NCBI GenBank assembly: GCA_018005585.1
Contig: JAGMZX010000018.1
Coordinates: forward strand, 1-59,090
Direction: 5' to 3'
From: Candidatus Hydrogenedentota bacterium
Lineage (GTDB): Bacteria > Hydrogenedentota > Hydrogenedentia > Hydrogenedentales > JAGMZX01
DNA: 59,090 nucleotides
Part shown: positions 27,992 through 35,131 of the stretch, in pieces
Layout: each line of letters begins with the position of its first letter
How positions within the stretch are numbered: the first letter of the stretch is position 1
Notes under the pieces: model-generated
The model's database searches: none
What the model saw: the letters and a program-made list of their open reading frames with translations, nothing else
What the model was told of the DNA's origin: nothing
Position numbers and translations under genes: made by a program

Positions 27992-28009
27992 TCGTGAAGG
28001 ATTGCACGA
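27992..28009. promoter_or_regulatory. Near-palindromic operator TCGTGAA-GGAT-TGCACGA (Rex-like or Crp/Fnr-like geometry)
   Basis: 6/7 arm symmetry, GTGA-N6-(T/G)CAC core, centred about 60 bp upstream of the predicted start site of the redox operon. Confidence 0.45.
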
Positions 28010-28025
28010 GTTTTCCATGACTTCC

Positions 28026-28054
28026 TTGAAATCAGAGAATCAAGTTGCTAGGCT
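28026..28054 (+). promoter_or_regulatory. Sigma-70-type promoter of the NuoE/NuoF/NuoG::NfnA/NfnB operon
   Basis: TTGAAA-N17-TAGGCT with an extended -10 TG. Confidence 0.55.
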
Positions 28055-28163
28055 CTGCGCTGAGCGTGACCAATGGTGGGAACGGTTCTCGCGGGATGCC
28101 TGACCGTTCCCTTGTTTTTGCGGCAGCTCGTGGCCTGAGCGCGCTGACGCAACGAGAGGGACC

Positions 28164-28658
28164 ATGGCAACGACAATGACTGTCGATACGGCGGCCGTCG
28201 CGGAGATTGTCGCCAAATACCCCGCCAACCGCAGCAGCCTGATACCCATCCTTCAAGACGTGCAGGAGCACTACGGGTATCTGCCCGAAGCGGCCATGGA
28301 CAACCTGGCGCAGCGCCTGAACCTGTCGCCCAATGAAGTGTACGGGGTAGCGACGTTCTATACCCAATTCCGTTTCCAGCCGCCCGGCGAACATACGATC
28401 TACGTATGCCAAGGCACGGCGTGCCACGTCCGCGGCGGGGCGGAGATTCTGCAGGAACTGGAGCACCGGCTGGGCATAGAAGCGGGCGAGACGACGCCGG
28501 ACGGGCGGTTCGACCTGCGCCGCGTGGCCTGCCTGGGCTGTTGCGCGCTGTCGCCGGTCGTCTCTGTGGACGGCCACGTGTTCGCGGAAGTGACGCGCGC
28601 GAAAGTGCCGTCGATCCTGGCCAAGTACCGGGGGAAGAAGGAGGTGGCGGAATCATGA
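28164..28658 (+). CDS. nuoE: NuoE/HydC-like [2Fe-2S] subunit of a soluble flavin-FeS complex (not complex I)
   Basis: LIPILQDVQEHYGYLP, GVATFY, CQGTACHVRG, ACLGCCALSP. Confidence 0.92.
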   Translation: MATTMTVDTAAVAEIVAKYPANRSSLIPILQDVQEHYGYLPEAAMDNLAQRLNLSPNEVYGVATFYTQFRFQPPGEHTIYVCQGTACHVRGGAEILQELEHRLGIEAGETTPDGRFDLRRVACLGCCALSPVVSVDGHVFAEVTRAKVPSILAKYRGKKEVAES

Positions 28659-30583
28659 GCGGTCTGCAGCACGCCTATGATCAGGCGCAAGCCGAGTGGC
28701 AGGCGCTGGAACGGACCGCACACCCCCTCTTTTTCGTGGGGGCGGCAACGTGCGGTGTGGCCGCGGGCGCGGGCGAGGTGATCGACGCCCTGACCAAGGC
28801 CATCGGCGAGCGCGGCCTCGACGCGGAGGTCATAAAGGTCGGCTGCCTCGGGCCGTGTTCTCTGGAACCGCTGGTAATCGTGCAGAAACCGGGCAAGCCG
28901 CGCGTGTGCTACGGCCCCATCGACGGCAAGAGCGCGTTGCGGCTGCTTGACGCCTATGTGCTGGGCGATGACCCGTGCGGCGACCTGGCCGTCGGCAAGA
29001 TGGACCCGGGCCAGGTGGACGGCATCGGCGATTTCGCGGACCACCCCATGCTGCGCGGACAGGTGCGCAACATCCTGCGCAATTGCGGCCAGATCGACCC
29101 GGAAAACGTGCGCCATTACCTGGCTCGTGACGGGTACCGCGGTCTTCTCAAGGCACTGGAAAGCGGGCGGGACCACTGTCTCGACATGGTGAAGCAGGCG
29201 GGCCTGCGCGGGCGCGGCGGCGCGGGTTTTCCCACGGCGTCGAAGTGGGAATTCTGCCGCAAAGCGCCCGGCACCGCGAAATACCTCATCTGCAACGCGG
29301 ATGAAGGCGACCCCGGCGCGTTCATGAACCGGTCCGTGCTCGAGGGTGACCCGCACGCGGTGCTCGAGGGCATGCTCATCGCCGGCTTCACCATCGGCGC
29401 GACGGCGGGCTATGTCTATTGTCGCGCGGAATACCCGCTGGCGTTGCACCGGCTCGACGTGGCCCTGTCTCAGATGCGCGAACTCGGCCTGCTCGGGCAG
29501 AACATTCTCGGGTCCGGCTTCTCGTTCGAGATTACGGTAAAGAAAGGCGCGGGCGCGTTCGTCTGCGGCGAAGAGACCGCGTTGATCGCGTCCATCGAGG
29601 GCCATCGCGGCATGCCGCGTCCGCGTCCGCCCTTCCCCGCCATCAGCGGCCTCTGGGGCAAGCCTACCGTTATCCAGAACGTGGAAACGCTGGCGAACCT
29701 GCCGCTTATTCTCCGTAACGGCCCGGACTGGTACGCGCAATTCGGCGCGGAATCGAGCCGCGGCACCAAGACCTTCGCGCTCGCGGGCAAGATCAACCGG
29801 ACCGGCCTGGTCGAAGTGCCGCTTGGCACACCGCTGCGCACGATCATTCAGGAGATCGGCGGCGGCATCCCGAACGGCAAGCAATTCAAGGCTGTGCAGA
29901 CCGGCGGGCCTTCCGGCGGCTGCATCCCCGCGGACAAGCTCGACCTCCCCGTCGATTACGAATCGTTGACGAGCGCCGGGACCATCATGGGGTCGGGCGG
30001 CATGATCGTGCTCGATGAAGACAGTTGCGTCGTCGACATCGCCCGGTTCTTCCTGTCGTTCACGCAAGAGGAATCGTGCGGCAAGTGCGGCCCGTGCCGC
30101 GTGGGCACCCGCGCCATGCTGGGCATCCTCAACAAGATCGCCGAGGGCCGCGGCACGCCGCGCGACCTCGATACGCTCGAGGAGATGGCGGTAACGGTGA
30201 AACAGGGGTCGCTTTGCGGCCTGGGCCAGACCGCGCCCAACCCGGTGCTGACCACCTTGCGCTATTTCCGCGCGGAATATGAGCAGCACATCAGGGAACA
30301 CGAGTGCCCCGCGTTCACGTGCAATAAACTGATTACGTTCCGCATCGATCAGGAGCGGTGCGAAGGCTGCGGCGCCTGTGCGCGCGGCTGCCCCGTGAAC
30401 GCCATCCAGGGCGAGAAGAACAAGCCGCACGCGATCGACCAGCGCGTGTGCATTCATTGCGGCGCCTGCGTGAGCCGGTGCCCCTCGACAAGCGCCGCCG
30501 TATACCGGGAGAGCGGCCGGCTGGTCCGATTCGAACCGCGGCGCGAGAAGAAAGCAGACGCGGCACGGGCGTCCCGCCCGTGA
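28655..30583 (+). CDS. nuoF: NuoF/HydB-like FMN/NAD(H) subunit with N-terminal [2Fe-2S] and C-terminal 2x[4Fe-4S] domains; bifurcating-type signatures
   Basis: ATCG..GCLGPC, GLRGRGGAGFP, NADEGDPGAFM, CGEETALI, RPPFP, GGPSGG, DSCVVD, ESCGKCGPCR, SLCGLG, HIREHECPAFTC, CEGCGACARGCP, CIHCGACVSRCP. Confidence 0.93.
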   Translation: MSGLQHAYDQAQAEWQALERTAHPLFFVGAATCGVAAGAGEVIDALTKAIGERGLDAEVIKVGCLGPCSLEPLVIVQKPGKPRVCYGPIDGKSALRLLDAYVLGDDPCGDLAVGKMDPGQVDGIGDFADHPMLRGQVRNILRNCGQIDPENVRHYLARDGYRGLLKALESGRDHCLDMVKQAGLRGRGGAGFPTASKWEFCRKAPGTAKYLICNADEGDPGAFMNRSVLEGDPHAVLEGMLIAGFTIGATAGYVYCRAEYPLALHRLDVALSQMRELGLLGQNILGSGFSFEITVKKGAGAFVCGEETALIASIEGHRGMPRPRPPFPAISGLWGKPTVIQNVETLANLPLILRNGPDWYAQFGAESSRGTKTFALAGKINRTGLVEVPLGTPLRTIIQEIGGGIPNGKQFKAVQTGGPSGGCIPADKLDLPVDYESLTSAGTIMGSGGMIVLDEDSCVVDIARFFLSFTQEESCGKCGPCRVGTRAMLGILNKIAEGRGTPRDLDTLEEMAVTVKQGSLCGLGQTAPNPVLTTLRYFRAEYEQHIREHECPAFTCNKLITFRIDQERCEGCGACARGCPVNAIQGEKNKPHAIDQRVCIHCGACVSRCPSTSAAVYRESGRLVRFEPRREKKADAARASRP

Positions 30584-30610
30584 TGCATAGGCAAGATGCC
30601 CGACGCGGCA
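30560..30610. repeat. Degenerate copy of the 1432-1498 REPIN family, overlapping the nuoF-like stop codon
   Basis: GCGGCACGGGCGTCCCGCCCGTG (arm 1; TGA at 30581-83), then CATAGGCAAGATGCCC (degenerate arm 2). Confidence 0.6.
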
Positions 30611-30636
30611 CGGGAAGCATAGGTGAGATAGACACT

Positions 30637-33147
30637 ATGAAGCTCTACATCAACCAGCGGGAAGTGGAAGGCCGGGAAGGCGAGACCATTCTCGAATGCG
30701 CGCTGCGCCATGGCATCCATATTCCCCATTTGTGCACGCACCCGAATCTGCCGCCGTTCGGCGCTTGCCGCCTCTGCGTGGTTCAGGTGGAGAAGATGCG
30801 CGGATTCCCGACGTCATGCACGACGCCCGTGCAAGAGGGCATGCGCGTCGAGACCGAAACGCCGGAATTGCTCAAGCTGCGGCGCAACATCCTCGCGCTG
30901 ATGATGATCGAGCACCCAAACGCCTGTCTGGTCTGCGGCAAACGGGAGCTGTGCGAGAAGTTCCGGCCCAAGGCGGAGAAGGTGGGCCGCACCACCGGTT
31001 GTCACACCTGCAACAACAAGGAAGTCTGCGAAGTCCGCGCGTTATCGGAAGACCTCGGCCTGACCGAGATTCCCGTGGCGCCGCTGTATCACATGCGGCC
31101 GCTCGACCGCTCGAACCCGTTCATCGATCGCGACCTGAACCTGTGCATCCTTTGCGGACGGTGCGTGCGCATCTGCGAACACCAGCAGGGGCAGCCTGTA
31201 ATCGCGTTTGTCAACCGCAGCGGCAAGACGCACATCGGCGAGGCGTTCGGGCGCAACCTCGAGGAAGCGGGCTGCACCTTCTGCGGCTCGTGCGTGGATG
31301 TGTGCCCCACGGGCACGCTTGCCGACCGCTACGCGAAATGGTACGGCCGCGCCGAAAGCGAGGTGGACAGCACCTGCATCTTCTGCGGCGCCGCGTGCGC
31401 GCTGCACCTGGGCTCAAACGACGGCCGGCTCGTGGCCGCGCGCGCGGTGAACATGGGCGTGCCGGTGTGTCTCATGGGCCGGTTTGCCCTGTCCGAATTC
31501 CTGAACGGGGAAGACCGGTTGAAAACGCCGCACGTGCGCGTCGGCGAGGTCCTGCGCGAAGTGAAATGGGACGACGCGTTGGCGTCCGTCGCGGAACAGC
31601 TTCGCCCGTACATCAATGACGGCTTCGCCCTTGTGTGCGACACGGGCACGCCCATCGAAGACCGGCACGTCTTCAAGCGTTTCACGAACGAAGTCATGAA
31701 ATCGCAGCGGTATTTCGAGATCACGCCGGACGCGCACGGCTTATCGCGCGCGGCGGTGCCGGAGGGCACGCGCGCGCTCGTGACGACCGGCGATTTCGTG
31801 GACGCCGCGCAGCTCGATGGCGTCGACGTGATCGTGGTCCTGGATTGCTACCCCACACCCGTCAGCGAGCGCGCCTGCGCCGTGCTGCCCGCCGCCGTGT
31901 TTGCCGAGACCGCCGGCACGGTCCTTGACGGAGAGGGCCGTCCGCGGCCATTACGCCAGGCGTGCGCGCCGCCGGGTCAGGCTTGGCCCGAATGGCGCAT
32001 CATCGCACAACTGGCCCGGACGCTCGGCGGCGCAGGGTTCGATTGGAACAAGGTGGGCGAGATCACGGCCCAACTGGGCCTGGACGATGCTGCGCTCCAC
32101 GCGGACCGCGCGGAAGCGCCCGCGCCCGCGCTGGACAAGTTGGCGGCGAGCTCGTTCTTCCGGGGGCATCGCATCGAGGACTACGTCGCGGGCCTCCGCG
32201 CGCTGAAAGGCGCGGAAGGCCGCCCGGCAGACCTGCGTCCGATTCGGGCTGAAGGCCGCTTCCTCATCGTTTCCAAGCGCGAAATTGTGCCCAACTCGCA
32301 CGAAATCGTCATCGAAGCACCCGAGATCGCGCGCAAGGCACAGCCGGGGCAGTTCATCATCGTCATGGTGGACGAACGGTCCGAGCGCGTGCCCTACACG
32401 TTGTGCGACTGGGACGCCGCGAAGGGGACCGTCACGCTCGTGGTCCAGGAAAAGGGCCAGTCGAGCCGGAAACTAATCCTGACGGAGGCGGGCGACCGGC
32501 TCGCGCACGTGGTGGGGCCGCTGGGTATTCCGCTCGAAATCAAACAGTACGGCGTGGTGGCGCTTGCGGGCGGCTGCTACGGCATCGGCGGCATTCTGCC
32601 GATCGCGAAGGCCATGAAAGCGGCGGGCAATCGCGTGATCGTCGTGACCGAAGCGCGCAGCCACTACATGAACTATTACGAGGAAAAACTGGCGGGCTCG
32701 GCCGACGAATTCGTCTTCACGACCATCGACGGGTCGTCGGGAGTGAAAGGGCACGCGGTCGATGACATCGGCAGGCGGCTGCGCGCGGGCGAGCAGCTCG
32801 ACTGTGTCATCGCCGTGGGATGCCCGTTCATGATGATGCTGACGAGCGAAGAAACAAGGCCGTTCGGCGTGAAGACGCTCGCGGCGCTGAACCCGATTAT
32901 GGTGGACGGCACGGGCATGTGCGGCGCGTGCCGGATCACCGTGGGCGACAAGATGAAATTCGCGTGCGTCGACGGACCGTTCTTCGACGCGCATCAGGTC
33001 GATTGGGACGAGGTGCGGGACCGCCGCGACGCCTACAGCTTCGCGGAAATCCAGTCGGTTGGACGCACCGAACCCGTCGTGGAACACCATGACCACGCGC
33101 ATCGCGGCTGCGGCTGCGGCATGCGCGCGGAAGCGGGGGTGAAGTGA
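30637..33147 (+). CDS. Fusion: NuoG/HydA/FdhA-like Fe-S module with a truncated non-catalytic molybdopterin-oxidoreductase fold, joined to an NfnA/SudB-like FAD/[2Fe-2S] domain (from about 32257)
   Basis: CTHP..GACRLC..SC, HPNACLVC..C, CILCGRCVRIC, CTFCGSCVDVCP, TCIFCGAAC..VCLMGRF; then EAPEIARKAQPGQFIIV..ERVPYTL, VVGPLG, DGTGMCGACR, FACVDGPFFD. No H-cluster or Mo-ligand motifs seen. Confidence 0.88.
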   Translation: MKLYINQREVEGREGETILECALRHGIHIPHLCTHPNLPPFGACRLCVVQVEKMRGFPTSCTTPVQEGMRVETETPELLKLRRNILALMMIEHPNACLVCGKRELCEKFRPKAEKVGRTTGCHTCNNKEVCEVRALSEDLGLTEIPVAPLYHMRPLDRSNPFIDRDLNLCILCGRCVRICEHQQGQPVIAFVNRSGKTHIGEAFGRNLEEAGCTFCGSCVDVCPTGTLADRYAKWYGRAESEVDSTCIFCGAACALHLGSNDGRLVAARAVNMGVPVCLMGRFALSEFLNGEDRLKTPHVRVGEVLREVKWDDALASVAEQLRPYINDGFALVCDTGTPIEDRHVFKRFTNEVMKSQRYFEITPDAHGLSRAAVPEGTRALVTTGDFVDAAQLDGVDVIVVLDCYPTPVSERACAVLPAAVFAETAGTVLDGEGRPRPLRQACAPPGQAWPEWRIIAQLARTLGGAGFDWNKVGEITAQLGLDDAALHADRAEAPAPALDKLAASSFFRGHRIEDYVAGLRALKGAEGRPADLRPIRAEGRFLIVSKREIVPNSHEIVIEAPEIARKAQPGQFIIVMVDERSERVPYTLCDWDAAKGTVTLVVQEKGQSSRKLILTEAGDRLAHVVGPLGIPLEIKQYGVVALAGGCYGIGGILPIAKAMKAAGNRVIVVTEARSHYMNYYEEKLAGSADEFVFTTIDGSSGVKGHAVDDIGRRLRAGEQLDCVIAVGCPFMMMLTSEETRPFGVKTLAALNPIMVDGTGMCGACRITVGDKMKFACVDGPFFDAHQVDWDEVRDRRDAYSFAEIQSVGRTEPVVEHHDHAHRGCGCGMRAEAGVK

Positions 33148-34619
33148 TGCCTGACACACCCAACGGCGAACCGGCCCAGAAACCGAAGGCGAAGCCGAAG
33201 ATTCCCCGGCAGCTGATGCCCGAGCAGGCGCCGGAAGACCGGGTCCGCAATTACAAAGAGGTGCCCTTTGGCTACTCGGAAGAGATAGCCGTGCTCGAAG
33301 CGAGCCGGTGCCTCAATTGCAGGAACCCGAAATGCGTGACGGGCTGCCCCGTTCACGTGGATATCCCCGGTTTCGTCTCGCTGGTGAAAGAGCGCAAGTT
33401 CATCGAGGCGGCGCAGAAGATCAAGGAACAGAACGCGCTGCCGGCCGTGTGCGGGCGCGTCTGCCCGCAGGAAGAGCAATGCGAGAGCAAGTGCATCCTC
33501 GCGATCAAGGGCGAGGCCGCGGCCATCGGGCGACTCGAACGGTTCGTGGCCGACTACGAGCGCAATTCCGGCGAGGTGCGTATCCCCGAACTGCCGGCCA
33601 AGACGGGCAAGCGCGTCGCGTGCATCGGCGCGGGGCCCGCGGGCCTCACCGTAGCGGGCGACCTGATCAAGCTGGGCCACGAGGTCACCGTCTTCGAGGC
33701 GTTGCAGGAAGCGGGCGGCGTGCTCACCTACGGCATTCCCGAATTCCGCCTGCCCAAGGAGATCGTGCGGGCGGAGGTGGACTATCTCAAGAAACTCGGC
33801 GTGCGCTTCGTCATGGACTACGTCGTCGGGCGCAACGCGACCATCCGCGAACTCATGGAAGACGAGGGCTACGACGCCGTTTTCGTCGGAACCGGCGCGG
33901 GCCTGCCTTCGTTCATGAACATCCCCGGCGAGAATCTCGTCGGCGTCTATTCGGCCAACGAATACCTGACGCGCGCCAACCTTATGAAGGCATACCTCTT
34001 CCCGAAATATGACACGCCGCCGATCCGCCGCGAACGCGTCGCCGTCGTAGGCGGCGGCAACGTGGCGATGGACTCCGCGCGCACGGCGCTGCGCCTCGGC
34101 GCGGTGGTCTACATCGTCTACCGGCGCGCCCGCGAGCAGATGCCGGCCCGCGCCGAGGAGGTCCATCACGCCGAGCAGGAAGGCGTCAAGATGATGCTGC
34201 TCAACAACCCGGTGCGCATCCTCGGCGACGAGCGCCACCGCGTAACCGGCATGGAATGCCTGCGCATGGAACTCGGCGAGCCCGACGAATCGGGCCGCCA
34301 CAGGCCCGTGCCCGTGAAAGGGTCCGAGTTTATCCTCGACGTGGATACCGTCATCATGGCCATCGGCAACAAGCCGAACCCGCTCGTGCCTCAGACGACG
34401 CCCGAACTCAAGGTGTCCAAGTGGGGCACGGTCGAGGTGGATGCCGGGACCATGGCCACATCCGTGCCGGGCGTGTACGCCGCGGGCGACATCGTCTCCG
34501 GCGCAGCCACCGTGATCAGCGCGATGGGCCAGGGCCGCACCGCCGCCGCGTCGATCCACCGGTATCTGATGGGCGAGCCCGCGCCTGCCGCGCAGGCCGG
34601 CCAGGCCGCCGCAAGTTGA
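33147..34619 (+). CDS. nfnB: NfnB/SudA/GltD-like FAD, 2x[4Fe-4S], NADP(H) subunit
   Basis: RCLNC..PKCVTGCP, CGRVCPQEEQCESKC, IGAGPAGL, YGIPEFRLPK, GGGNVAMD, VYRR, GDIVSGAATVISAMGQGR. TGATG overlap with the fusion gene. Confidence 0.88.
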   Translation: MPDTPNGEPAQKPKAKPKIPRQLMPEQAPEDRVRNYKEVPFGYSEEIAVLEASRCLNCRNPKCVTGCPVHVDIPGFVSLVKERKFIEAAQKIKEQNALPAVCGRVCPQEEQCESKCILAIKGEAAAIGRLERFVADYERNSGEVRIPELPAKTGKRVACIGAGPAGLTVAGDLIKLGHEVTVFEALQEAGGVLTYGIPEFRLPKEIVRAEVDYLKKLGVRFVMDYVVGRNATIRELMEDEGYDAVFVGTGAGLPSFMNIPGENLVGVYSANEYLTRANLMKAYLFPKYDTPPIRRERVAVVGGGNVAMDSARTALRLGAVVYIVYRRAREQMPARAEEVHHAEQEGVKMMLLNNPVRILGDERHRVTGMECLRMELGEPDESGRHRPVPVKGSEFILDVDTVIMAIGNKPNPLVPQTTPELKVSKWGTVEVDAGTMATSVPGVYAAGDIVSGAATVISAMGQGRTAAASIHRYLMGEPAPAAQAGQAAAS

Positions 34620-34652
34620 GCATAAGCGCGCCGGGCGGGGACTCAGCCCGGC

Positions 34653-35129
34653 TCACGCGCCCGCATTCATGCGCCAGAGCGCATAGTTCAGAATAGCGGC
34701 GAAACTCACCCAGCAGACATAGGGGATCAACAAGGCCCCAGACAGGGCGCGAACGCGCCAGAAGAGAATAACGGTCGCGAGGATGGCGGCGTCGAGCAAC
34801 AGGATCTCCGCGAAAGCCCAGCCCAACGCGTGCTGCCCGAAGAATATCCAGGACCACAGCGCGTTGAGCAGAAGCTGCATGAGATAGACGGCCAGCGGCG
34901 CGGCGACGGGCGCCTGTTGCCGTCGCAGCCACACCAGCCACGCCGCGACGGCCATGCCCAGGTACAGCAGCGACCACACCGGGCCGAAAACCCAGGCCGG
35001 TGGCGTGAATGCCGGCTTGTGAAGCGCGCGGTACCATTCGCCTGCGCCGTATTGGCTGCCGAACGCAGCCGCCCCCGCAACAAGCAATATGCTGACGATA
35101 AGAACGCCGGCCTTTTCCCAAGAGGACAT
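34653..35129 (-). CDS. tspO: TspO/MBR tryptophan-rich sensory protein
   Basis: WYRALHKPAFTPPAWVFGPVWSLLY, LNALWSWIFF, LIPYVCWVSFAAILN. Confidence 0.93.
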   Translation of the reverse strand: MSSWEKAGVLIVSILLVAGAAAFGSQYGAGEWYRALHKPAFTPPAWVFGPVWSLLYLGMAVAAWLVWLRRQQAPVAAPLAVYLMQLLLNALWSWIFFGQHALGWAFAEILLLDAAILATVILFWRVRALSGALLIPYVCWVSFAAILNYALWRMNAGA

Positions 35130-35131
35130 GG

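Noticed and set aside
30637-32256. [FeFe]-hydrogenase or formate dehydrogenase catalytic subunit
   Set aside because: No H-cluster motifs; the molybdopterin-fold part is much shortened, with no recognisable Cys/Sec-His Mo-ligand loop.
28164-33147. nuoEFG of respiratory complex I
   Set aside because: No nuoA-D or H-N genes; the NuoF-like protein has extra ferredoxin domains; the NuoG-like part is fused to NfnA.
33147-34619. Glutamate synthase small subunit (gltD)
   Set aside because: No gltB in the window; it is translationally coupled to an NfnA-like domain, which is the NfnAB/SudAB arrangement.
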